A stretch of 64,000 nt of DNA, from positions 416,001 through 480,000 of the forward strand of contig JAHPZH010000002.1 in assembly GCA_019058315.1 (NCBI GenBank), read 5' to 3'. The notes below the pieces were generated by a model. The model was not told the origin of the DNA, did no database searches, and saw only the letters and a program-made list of their open reading frames with translations. Source of the stretch: Candidatus Helarchaeota archaeon (GTDB taxonomy: Archaea > Asgardarchaeota > Lokiarchaeia > Helarchaeales > RDOG01). Positions 30,385 to 39,165 of this stretch are shown here, piece after piece; the stretch's first letter is position 1, and each line of letters begins with the position of its first letter. The translations under genes and the position numbers were made by a program.

Positions 30385-31299
30385 ATGATAAATTCTGAAA
30401 GATTCGAAAAAATTCCTAAAAATGGTCCATTTTTCCTATTTCGCAGTTGTATGGTGAATGAATTTTATCCTGCCATAGAAACCGCATTTAAAAGAATCCT
30501 TGATGTTTTAAATATTGAATATTATGAATCAGACGATCAAATTTGTTGTGGTGGTGTATTTTCTAATTTCGAGCCGGAGTTATCAACTGCAGCAATAGCG
30601 GCACAGAATTTTAGTGTAATAGAGAAATTTTCAGACCTAATTTTAGTGAATTGTAATGAATGTTTTTCTTCACTTCAAAAGGCAAAAGAATTTTTCGAAG
30701 ATCCAGAAAATAAATCAAAAGTCGATGAAATTTTCAAGAATTTAAATCTTTCATTTAAGAATTCTGTTGAAATTTTTCATGTCACCGAATTTATCTATAA
30801 AAATTTAGATGAAATTAAAAAAAACCTCAAATTAGATTTAAATAAAACTAAAATAGCAACATTTACAGGATGTCACTGGTTAAAGACTCATAAGGATATT
30901 GCTTTAGATAATCCTGAAAATCCAACTATCCTCGATGAAATAGTAGAACGTTTAGGGGGTATCGCGGCACAATATACAGAAAAAACTTTATGCTGTGGTA
31001 TGGGATATATCCAAAAAATAATTCATCCAAATTTATCTTTAGAAATCTCATTTAAAAAATTAAAAAGCATCGATTATGTAAAACCAGATCTTATACTGAC
31101 AATTTGTCCTAATTGTATGTCTGTTTTAGATGCTGCACAAATTCAAATTGAAATTGAAAAAGATATTGAATATCACATTCCTGTTATTCATTTAACACAA
31201 TTAATAGGCTTATGTATGGGTTTGGACCCGTTTAAAGAATTAGCATTGGATTTAAATCATATAGATATAAGTCCATTTTTAAAAAAATTAGATTTATAA
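30385..31299 (+). CDS. hdrB: Heterodisulfide reductase subunit B
   Basis: Two CCG domains (SC...CCGG...CNEC; GCH...CCGMG...CPNC). Confidence 0.9.
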   Translation: MINSERFEKIPKNGPFFLFRSCMVNEFYPAIETAFKRILDVLNIEYYESDDQICCGGVFSNFEPELSTAAIAAQNFSVIEKFSDLILVNCNECFSSLQKAKEFFEDPENKSKVDEIFKNLNLSFKNSVEIFHVTEFIYKNLDEIKKNLKLDLNKTKIATFTGCHWLKTHKDIALDNPENPTILDEIVERLGGIAAQYTEKTLCCGMGYIQKIIHPNLSLEISFKKLKSIDYVKPDLILTICPNCMSVLDAAQIQIEIEKDIEYHIPVIHLTQLIGLCMGLDPFKELALDLNHIDISPFLKKLDL

Positions 31300-31317
31300 T
31301 AAGTTAAGTGAAAAAGA

Positions 31318-33684
31318 ATGAAAATTGGAGTATTTATCTGCCATTGCGGAGCTAACATTGGTGGCGTAATAGACATTGAAAAAATCAAAGAAGTATTAAA
31401 AGATAAAAAGGATATTTATGTTTTTGACAATCCTTATTCTTGTAGCGAATCAGGACTCTTGGATTTACGAAAAGCTATCGAGGAACATAAGCTAGATCAT
31501 ATTGTAATTGCTGCTTGTTCACCAAAGATGCATGAAAATTTATTCCGAAATATGTTAAGCGAGGTAAATATTAATCCTTTTCTATTGGATATAGCTAATA
31601 TTCGTGAACAAGATTCATGGGTTCATAGATCTCAGCCAGAATTTGCGACTTTAAAAGCAATTGACTTAATAAAAATGGCAATTGAAAAAGTAAAAAAACT
31701 TGAAGCCTTGTCAAAAATAAAAATATCTGTTGAAAAGCAAGCATTAATTATTGGAGGGGGAATTGCTGGAATTAGTGCAGCTTTAAATCTTGCAAATCTA
31801 GGTATTAAAGTCTTTCTTGTCGAAAAAAGTCCCAGTATAGGTGGACATATGGCTATGTATGATAAAACATTTCCTACATTAGATTGCTCAATTTGTATTT
31901 TAGCTCCTTTAATGGTCGAGGCGTCTTTAAATCCGAATATTGAGATTTTGGATTATTCTGAAGTGGAGGAAGTTAAAGGTTATATTGGAAATTTTGAAAT
32001 TACTATATTAAAAAAACCTAGATTTGTAGATCCAACAAAATGCACCTCTGGATGTATAGAAGATTGTAGCAGTAATTGTCCAATTGATGTCCCTGACCGT
32101 TTTAATAAATTTGGTTCTCATAAAGCTATTTATATCCCATTTCCCCAAGCAGTGCCTTTAATGGCAACAATAGATCAAGCTTATTGTATCGGTTGTAAAA
32201 ATTGTGAAACATTTTGTAAAAGGGATGCAATTGATTTCACTCAAAAACCAGAAAAAATTAAAATTAAAGTCGGTACTATAATAGTTGCTTCTGGATTTGA
32301 GGTTTATGATGCTTCCCTTTCATCTGAATATGGATATTCTCAATATCCTAATGTGATCACCGGATTAGAAATGGAGCGAATTTTAACTCCCTTTGGACCT
32401 ACTCAAGGAAAATTAATTCGTCCCTCAGATGGAAAATCTATTAAAAAAGTGGCATTTATTCAATGCGTTGGTAGTAGGGATGAGACTATTGGTCGACCTT
32501 ATTGCTCAAGAGTATGTTGTATGTATTCAATAAAGCAAGCTATTCAGATTAAGGAAAAAATCCAGGATGCAGAAATCTATATTCTTTATGTAGATATAAG
32601 AAGTCAAGGGAAAGGCTATGAAGAATTTTACAAACGATCGTTAGAGGAAAATATACGGTACATAAAAGGTAGACCTAGTAAGGTGGTAGAAGATCCGATT
32701 ACAAAGAACTTGATTATAAAAACCGAAGACGCTTTAATGGGTAGACAAGTTGAAATAGATGTGGATTTAGTAGTTCTTGCAGTTGGTATGGGGCCTTCTA
32801 ATAATGCTGATAAACTTACTAAAATTTTAAATATATCTACTACCGAAGATGGTTTTTTTCAAGAAAGCCATTTAAAATTACGTTCTGAAGAATCTATATT
32901 TCCTGGAATTTTCTTAGCAGGAACTGCACAATCTCCAAAAGATATCCAAGACACTATAGCTCATGCAAATGCAGCTGCATTAAAAGCAGCATCCATAATT
33001 CAAAAAGGAGAGATAATGATAGACCCAATTGCACCAAGAATTGATTATGAAAAGTGTACAAATTGTAAATTATGCGTTTGGGTATGTGATTCAAAAGCTA
33101 TTGAGTTTAAAGATGATAAAATAAAAATAAATGAAGCAGGATGTATTGGATGCGGTGCTTGTGCCGCATCTTGTCCTGAAGGAGCATTATCAATCCCTAA
33201 TTTTACGGAACAGCAAATTTTAGCACAAATTAGAGCTCTAGAAAAAACAGACTATCCCTATATAATTGGATTTCTATGTAATTGGTGTGCGTATGGTGCT
33301 GCAGATTTAGCAGGCACTAGTAAAATTGAATATCCTACAAATGTTAGACCAATTCGAGTTATGTGTGCAGGAAATGTCAGTCCTTCTTATGTAATTGAAG
33401 CCTTTTTAAATGGTGCCGATGGAGTTTTAATTGCAGGTTGTTATGAACACGATTGTCATTATCGCACAGGTTTTTCTAAAGCATTACAAAGAACCAAAAT
33501 TTTAAAAGATATTTTAGAACAGATGGGAATTAATAGTAAAAGATTACGTATAGAAAGTGCCTCGGCTTCAGAAGGTATCAAATTTAAGGAAATTATTGAA
33601 AATTTCGTTAATGAATTAGAAAAATTAGGTCCATTAGGGTCCGAACTAATTAAAATTGATATTGAAAGGGACACTAAAAAATGA
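31318..33684 (+). CDS. hdrA: Heterodisulfide reductase subunit A fused to MvhD
   Basis: IGVFICHCG, ACSP, NIREQ, IGGGIAG, KTFPTLDC, CSRVCC; C-terminal FLCNWCAYGAAD...RVMC...GC..DCHY MvhD domain. Confidence 0.95.
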   Translation: MKIGVFICHCGANIGGVIDIEKIKEVLKDKKDIYVFDNPYSCSESGLLDLRKAIEEHKLDHIVIAACSPKMHENLFRNMLSEVNINPFLLDIANIREQDSWVHRSQPEFATLKAIDLIKMAIEKVKKLEALSKIKISVEKQALIIGGGIAGISAALNLANLGIKVFLVEKSPSIGGHMAMYDKTFPTLDCSICILAPLMVEASLNPNIEILDYSEVEEVKGYIGNFEITILKKPRFVDPTKCTSGCIEDCSSNCPIDVPDRFNKFGSHKAIYIPFPQAVPLMATIDQAYCIGCKNCETFCKRDAIDFTQKPEKIKIKVGTIIVASGFEVYDASLSSEYGYSQYPNVITGLEMERILTPFGPTQGKLIRPSDGKSIKKVAFIQCVGSRDETIGRPYCSRVCCMYSIKQAIQIKEKIQDAEIYILYVDIRSQGKGYEEFYKRSLEENIRYIKGRPSKVVEDPITKNLIIKTEDALMGRQVEIDVDLVVLAVGMGPSNNADKLTKILNISTTEDGFFQESHLKLRSEESIFPGIFLAGTAQSPKDIQDTIAHANAAALKAASIIQKGEIMIDPIAPRIDYEKCTNCKLCVWVCDSKAIEFKDDKIKINEAGCIGCGACAASCPEGALSIPNFTEQQILAQIRALEKTDYPYIIGFLCNWCAYGAADLAGTSKIEYPTNVRPIRVMCAGNVSPSYVIEAFLNGADGVLIAGCYEHDCHYRTGFSKALQRTKILKDILEQMGINSKRLRIESASASEGIKFKEIIENFVNELEKLGPLGSELIKIDIERDTKK

Positions 33685-33699
33685 TTGGAGGAAGTCTAA

Positions 33700-35001
33700 A
33701 TGAGCGAAATTACTGTTGAACTAGACATTCCTGATGAAAATAAACAAATTTTAAGATGGAAAGCAGAGGAATCTGAAAAAATCCTAATTTTTGATAATGA
33801 AAAATGTGTTGGATGCGGTATATGCCCAATTATTTGTCCCACAGAAGCTATTGAATTAATGCCAATTCCTGAAATCGCAACAGGAAACCTTGAAGCGCCT
33901 TACTGCGTTTTTGACCACGAAAAATGTATATACTGTGGTTTATGCGCAGCTCTTTGTCCAGTTAATGCAATTCAGTTCACTTTTAATAATACATCAGTTC
34001 TAGACATGTTAGATCGCTTAAAATTGGATAAAAAAATAGAGTTTGAAGAAAAAAAATGCTTACCATGTAAACTTTGTGAGCTATTATGTCCGCGTGATGC
34101 TATTGAAATTGATTTAAAAGTTCCTAAAAAGGAAGAATTGGTGATTTATCCAGGAGAACCTCCAAAAGTGGAGGGTAAAATAGAAATTAATGAAAAAAAT
34201 TGTATTTATTGCATGAACTGTGTTCTTCTTTGTGATGCCATCGAGATAGACGAAGTAGAACCTACTGCTGAATACCCAAAACCTGGAAAGAACCTACGTG
34301 TTAATTTGGATAAATGTGATTTTTGCGGACTTTGTGCACATGAAAAAGTCTGTCCAGTTGATGTTTTTAAAATTGAATGTTTTTCAGATGTTAATAGAAA
34401 AATTTTAGAGCCCGAATTAAAGGCAGAAGTGAAAATTAATGAAAAGGAATGTATTTCTTGTGGTTGGTGCCAAATACATTGCCCTACCGAAGCAATTAAA
34501 GTTCAAAAAGCTATTGAAGGAAAATTAGAGCTTACAAATATGGAAAAATGTGATCCTGTAGGATGTGTTGCATGTTATCAAATTTGTCCTACTAGAGCAC
34601 TTTATTCTCCTAAATCTTCAAAAGAAAAAATTATTCATAAAGAAGAATATTGCATATATTGCGGAGCATGTGAGCTCTCATGTCCTGAAAAGTTAATAAA
34701 AGTAGAACGAGAAAATATTAAATATACTGGAGATGAAACTGGACCTTGGACTTCTTCTTGGTTGAAGGCAATAGAACAAATTTCAGGAAAGCAATTTCCA
34801 GCCGTCTCAATTCGGGAAATTCCAATCACTATTGAAGAAATAAAAATTAAAATATCAAAAGTAAAAGAAATTCCTCCCTTAAAACCAGAAATTGAAAACA
34901 GAGTCAAACATAAATTATCAAAAATTAATGAAAAATTAAAAACGATTAAAACTCGGTTTTGGGTTGAAGGTCGAACAAAAAAAAGATTAGAGATTAAATA
35001 A
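33700..35001 (+). CDS. fwdF: Polyferredoxin, FwdF/FmdF-like
   Basis: About eight CxxCxxCxxxCP motifs; CPTEAIELMPIPEIATGNLEAP insert resembles FwdF. Confidence 0.7.
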   Translation: MSEITVELDIPDENKQILRWKAEESEKILIFDNEKCVGCGICPIICPTEAIELMPIPEIATGNLEAPYCVFDHEKCIYCGLCAALCPVNAIQFTFNNTSVLDMLDRLKLDKKIEFEEKKCLPCKLCELLCPRDAIEIDLKVPKKEELVIYPGEPPKVEGKIEINEKNCIYCMNCVLLCDAIEIDEVEPTAEYPKPGKNLRVNLDKCDFCGLCAHEKVCPVDVFKIECFSDVNRKILEPELKAEVKINEKECISCGWCQIHCPTEAIKVQKAIEGKLELTNMEKCDPVGCVACYQICPTRALYSPKSSKEKIIHKEEYCIYCGACELSCPEKLIKVERENIKYTGDETGPWTSSWLKAIEQISGKQFPAVSIREIPITIEEIKIKISKVKEIPPLKPEIENRVKHKLSKINEKLKTIKTRFWVEGRTKKRLEIK

Positions 35002-35008
35002 GAAGGCG

Positions 35009-35551
35009 ATTAATACGGAAGAAGATTTTTGTAGCACTAAATGCGACGGTCATTGTTGTTGGTCTTATGTAGTTTTGATTACATCTGAAGATGCTATTCG
35101 ACTTTCAAAAAATTTAGATGCTTCTCCACTTGAATATTTAACTTTTTACGAAGGAAAAGTTGAAAAAAGTGGGTATTATCCATTAGTAATTATTAATGGT
35201 TATGAATCAGTTCTTGGGATTAAATACTCAGAAGAATTAACGGAACAAAATAAATGGCCTTGCCATTTCTTTGATATGAAGACCGGATTATGTCAAGTTC
35301 ATAAATTTAAACCGATGGTATGTGCTACATATCCATTTTCAATGGATGGCGAAGGTAATCTCGGGCATTTAGAAAAAATATTATGTCCAGAAAAATGGGA
35401 AGCACAGAAGAAAGATTCAGTTAGAAGTGTAATTAGAAAATCATGGCAGGAAGTTGGAAAATATAAAGAAAAAGCAAAAATTTGGAATGATAAATATAAA
35501 GACAATGGATTTGACGAATTTTTGCGATTTATGGGTTTACATAACATATAA
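35009..35551 (+). CDS. YkgJ/CxxCxxCC family cysteine-cluster protein (frame extends upstream of the tracked TTG to an ATT)
   Basis: In-frame upstream INTEEDFCSTKCDGHCCWSYVV, then CHFF...CQVH..KP.VC..YPF. Confidence 0.85.
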   Translation: MNTEEDFCSTKCDGHCCWSYVVLITSEDAIRLSKNLDASPLEYLTFYEGKVEKSGYYPLVIINGYESVLGIKYSEELTEQNKWPCHFFDMKTGLCQVHKFKPMVCATYPFSMDGEGNLGHLEKILCPEKWEAQKKDSVRSVIRKSWQEVGKYKEKAKIWNDKYKDNGFDEFLRFMGLHNI

Positions 35552-35578
35552 TTTTTCTAAATTACGAAATATCTAAAT

Positions 35579-36616
35579 TTAAGAAGGATGAAATTCCCCT
35601 ATAATATTTATTGAGTGACCACATTTACTGCATTGATTTTTTTCTTTAATATTCCACTTATCTATTGAAAAACCAATTCGTCCAATTGTTTTATTACCAC
35701 AATTTGGACAATAAGTATTTTCTCCTTCAATCCCACGTATATTACCGCAATATACATAATGAAGTCCTAAATCCATGGCAATTTTACGAGCTTTGATAAC
35801 AGTTTCTACAGGAGTTGGAGGAACATTTGAAAGTTGAAACATTGGATAAAAACGACTAAAATGCAACGGAGTATCTGGTCCCAATTCTTTAAGGACCCAA
35901 TCTGATAATTCGCGTATTTCATCGGGTGAATCGTTATATCCTGGAATAATTAAATTAGTGCATTCAATGAATACTCCATTTTCCTTCATATATTTTGTTG
36001 CGTCCAAAATTGGTTTAACCTTCGGAACACCACAAATCTCTTTATAAAACTTATCAGTTATTGCTTTAATATCAACATTTGCAGCATCAAGCACCGAAGC
36101 TAATGGTTCTAATGCTTTAAGTGTTATATATCCATTTGTCACTAAAACATTTAATAAACCTTCATCATGTGCTAATTTACCACAATCTAAAATAAATTCA
36201 TAAAAAGTTATAGGTTCATTATAGGTATATGCAATTGATTTACAATTGCTTTTCTTAGCTGCTTCTACTATTTCTTCTGCCGTGAATTCCCTAAGTTGCA
36301 TTCTTTCGGCATCTATCTGAGAAATATCGTAATTTTGGCAGTTCAAGCATGATAAAGTACAACCTGCACTAGAAATAGAGTATGCCCATGAACCTGGCCA
36401 AAAATGGAATAATGGTTTTTTTTCAATCGGATCAGGAGTAGCTGCTGATAATCCTCCATACACTAATGAAAACAATGTTCCTCCTATATTTTTACGTGCT
36501 CCACATTTTCCCATCTCATTAGGCTTTAGTACACAATAATTTGGGCATAAATAACAACGAATAACTTCATTTGCCCGTTTATCCCACATTAAAGCCTCTT
36601 TTTTCAAAATGACCAC
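35579..36616 (-). CDS. amrS: AmmeMemoRadiSam-type radical SAM enzyme, paralog 1
   Basis: CYLCPNYC, DPIEKKPLFHF, GCTLSCLNCQN, YTYNEP, HFSRFYP, NTYCPNC. Confidence 0.92.
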   Translation of the reverse strand: MVILKKEALMWDKRANEVIRCYLCPNYCVLKPNEMGKCGARKNIGGTLFSLVYGGLSAATPDPIEKKPLFHFWPGSWAYSISSAGCTLSCLNCQNYDISQIDAERMQLREFTAEEIVEAAKKSNCKSIAYTYNEPITFYEFILDCGKLAHDEGLLNVLVTNGYITLKALEPLASVLDAANVDIKAITDKFYKEICGVPKVKPILDATKYMKENGVFIECTNLIIPGYNDSPDEIRELSDWVLKELGPDTPLHFSRFYPMFQLSNVPPTPVETVIKARKIAMDLGLHYVYCGNIRGIEGENTYCPNCGNKTIGRIGFSIDKWNIKEKNQCSKCGHSINIIGEFHPS

Positions 36617-36682
36617 TCTCTATTATCATTAATTTAATAATATAGAATTTGAAGTAAAAAAACTGATTCTAATATTAAAAAA

Positions 36683-37711
36683 TTAATTTATTAATGCAAT
36701 TTTATACCCACAAACGGGACATTTATTATCTTTTGTTAACTTATTTTTTGTTACATCAAAGATAAACCGTTCTAATAATAATTCTTTACAGTTTGGGCAA
36801 TAAGTATTTTCTCCAGAATGTCCTGGAACATTTCCTAGATAAGTATATAAAAGTCCTTTATCAAAACCTATTTTTCTCGCTTTTTCCAGAGTTTTTATAG
36901 GAGTTGGAGGGTTTGAAAATTTATATTGAGGATAATATCTCGTAACATGCCAAGGAGTTTCTTCACCTAACTCCAATTTTATCCTAGAAGCAATTTCTTC
37001 AAAAATATCCTCGGAATCATTAACTTCGGGTATCACAAGAGTAGTTATTTCTATATGAACACCTTTTTCTTTGGCAAATTTAGCATTTCGATAGACTTTT
37101 TCAATATCAGCTCCACAATATTTCTTTACAGCTTGTGCATTTCCCTTTATATCAATATTCATAGCATCTAATCCACTTTCAATTAGTAACTTTAAAGCTT
37201 CTAGAGTCATATATCCATTAGTTACATAATTATTATATAATCCATGTTTCTTTGCTATCCGAAATGCCTCTAAAGAATGCTCTAATAATAATGTGGGTTC
37301 ATTAAAACTATAACTTAGACCTTGAGCTTTACGCTCCAAAGCCAATTTTACTAATTTTTCTGGTGAAATATAATTACATGCATCTGGGATTGGTTCTCTT
37401 TTTGAGATATCATAATTTTGACACCAAGGACAATTGAAGTTACATGAATAGCTTCCTATGGTGAGTGCATAAGAATTGGGAAAAAAATGAAAAAAAGGTT
37501 TTTTTTCAATAGGATTCAATGAGATTGATGAAATATCACCATAAATAACTGTAAATAAAATATTATCAATATTTTTACGTGTTTTACAGCGACCAAATTG
37601 ACCAATTTTTAACAAACATCTGTGTTCGCATGTAAGACATTGTAATTTTTCATTATCTCTCCTAAAAAGAAGTGCTTCTTTAATACATGGACTAATTACC
37701 TTAATCACCAA
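36683..37711 (-). CDS. amrS: AmmeMemoRadiSam-type radical SAM enzyme, paralog 2
   Basis: CLTCEHRC, NPIEKKPFFHF, SCNFNCPWCQN, SFNEP, NTYCPNC. Confidence 0.92.
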   Translation of the reverse strand: MVIKVISPCIKEALLFRRDNEKLQCLTCEHRCLLKIGQFGRCKTRKNIDNILFTVIYGDISSISLNPIEKKPFFHFFPNSYALTIGSYSCNFNCPWCQNYDISKREPIPDACNYISPEKLVKLALERKAQGLSYSFNEPTLLLEHSLEAFRIAKKHGLYNNYVTNGYMTLEALKLLIESGLDAMNIDIKGNAQAVKKYCGADIEKVYRNAKFAKEKGVHIEITTLVIPEVNDSEDIFEEIASRIKLELGEETPWHVTRYYPQYKFSNPPTPIKTLEKARKIGFDKGLLYTYLGNVPGHSGENTYCPNCKELLLERFIFDVTKNKLTKDNKCPVCGYKIALIN

Positions 37712-37750
37712 TAAAAAATTAGGAAAAATTTATTTAATTTAAGTTGAGAA

Positions 37751-38476
37751 TTATGGGTTTCTTTCCATAAAAGACTTTAAAGAACGAATGACTTTTAGTA
37801 GCTCCCAACATTTTACTTGATCGCCTTCACGTAATATATTTTGAAGAAACTGACCAAATTCCCCTCTACTGACAAATTTTGAAAACTCATCTAATTCCCA
37901 TAATAAATTCTTCATATCTGTATCTTGGGATGTTGAGGCCCAAGAAGATGAGGGTACTGGTTGTGACGTCTGTTCTACTTGATAAGTAGTTTCATAAGTT
38001 TCAGCGGGTTGGGTATATTGTTGTTCATATGTCTGTGCAACCTCTGGTTGTGTAGCTACTGGAGCAGCGGGCTGATATGCTTCAACAGGTGCAGCTCCAG
38101 TTCCAATTGAATCATTTGCACGAGCTACATCCATATAAGCAACTCCAGCTCCTCCATCAGGTGTAACATATGCAATAGTTATATATTGATCCTTAAAATT
38201 TGCACAAACTATATGACCTTGTCCCATTATATTAGTGGCTACTAATCTCTCCTGAGTACATTGTAATGTTGAATATTTTATTCCTTGTACAACTATACTG
38301 GGCTGTTGTTGTCGCCAAGAACTCAAAATAGTGATAATATCCGATGTGATGTCCCAATTATTAGTTTGGTATAATACACCACCAGCACCGTCGACAATCG
38401 TAACTGCAGTAACAGTATTATTAGCTGCGAGTAACCTTTTCACTGCGCTTTCATATTCTGCAGCCACTTTTTCCAC
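37751..38476 (-). CDS. Asgard profilin with low-complexity linker and extra C-terminal helical domain
   Basis: VLYQTNNWD...W...SIVVQGIKYSTLQCTQERLVATNIMGQGHIV...IAYV matches recalled Loki-type profilins; ~115 extra residues. Confidence 0.8.
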   Translation of the reverse strand: MEKVAAEYESAVKRLLAANNTVTAVTIVDGAGGVLYQTNNWDITSDIITILSSWRQQQPSIVVQGIKYSTLQCTQERLVATNIMGQGHIVCANFKDQYITIAYVTPDGGAGVAYMDVARANDSIGTGAAPVEAYQPAAPVATQPEVAQTYEQQYTQPAETYETTYQVEQTSQPVPSSSWASTSQDTDMKNLLWELDEFSKFVSRGEFGQFLQNILREGDQVKCWELLKVIRSLKSFMERNP

Positions 38477-38702
38477 ACCAGTTTTTATCTAATTTGAAAC
38501 TGTCAATTCTAATTTTTATTTAAATTATATTTGATATTAATGCTAATTTTACTTATTATTTAAATGTTATATAACCAAGATAGTAATCTCTCTTATTTAT
38601 TAAATACTTTTCAATCTTAATTATTTTTCTTGTGATTTTTTTAAAAATAATAAGAAAATTTTAAGAATTTCTTTTTTCAAATTTTAAAATCTTGTGAAAA
38701 TT

Positions 38703-38972
38703 TTATTTTTTTAGCATTGCCATAAGCTCAGAATTTATAATTTCGACCTTATTTTTCGTTTTCGTTATTTTTGTTACGTTGAGTAATCCATCGATTTCAA
38801 GTGCCATTATACATTTAGTGAAGTCGGAATGAGATAAATTCTTATATTCCTTAATTAATCGAGTATAGAGGTCAGTGTCAGTCATCATTCCTTTATTTTT
38901 AAAAACAATTTCGAGTATAAGGTTTTTTAGTGGAATATTTCTCCAACGAATTTCTTTCATTATGTTCACCAT
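38703..38972 (-). CDS. Small winged-helix protein downstream of cdc48
   Basis: LILEIV...TDTDLY...FTKCIMALEIDGLLNV + hairpin. Confidence 0.65.
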   Translation of the reverse strand: MVNIMKEIRWRNIPLKNLILEIVFKNKGMMTDTDLYTRLIKEYKNLSHSDFTKCIMALEIDGLLNVTKITKTKNKVEIINSELMAMLKK

Positions 38973-38988
38973 TTATAGAAAAATTGAT

Positions 38989-39043
38989 ACGCCCAATTCA
39001 GCCAATTCACTTTGATCCTTAGGGTAGCTGAATTAAACGCCCC
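38989..39043 (-). other. GC-rich RNA hairpin in the cdc48-wHTH intergenic region
   Basis: Minus strand UUAAUUCAGCUA pairs with UGGCUGAAUUGG (12 bp including G-U); flanked by GGGCGU direct repeats. Confidence 0.35.
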
Positions 39044-39165
39044 AATCCTAGATTAGAATCAAGAAGATTTCTCTTATTTTCTAATTAAATAGAAGTAAAA
39101 AGATTAATTATTAAAAAATAGAATCTTCATGAATGAAAATTAATATGAGAATAAAAAAGTTGCTA

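Noticed and set aside
31318-33684. Selenocysteine readthrough in hdrA/mvhD
   Set aside because: The ORF is uninterrupted with Cys codons; the terminal TGA follows a complete MvhD domain and another in-frame stop comes five codons later.
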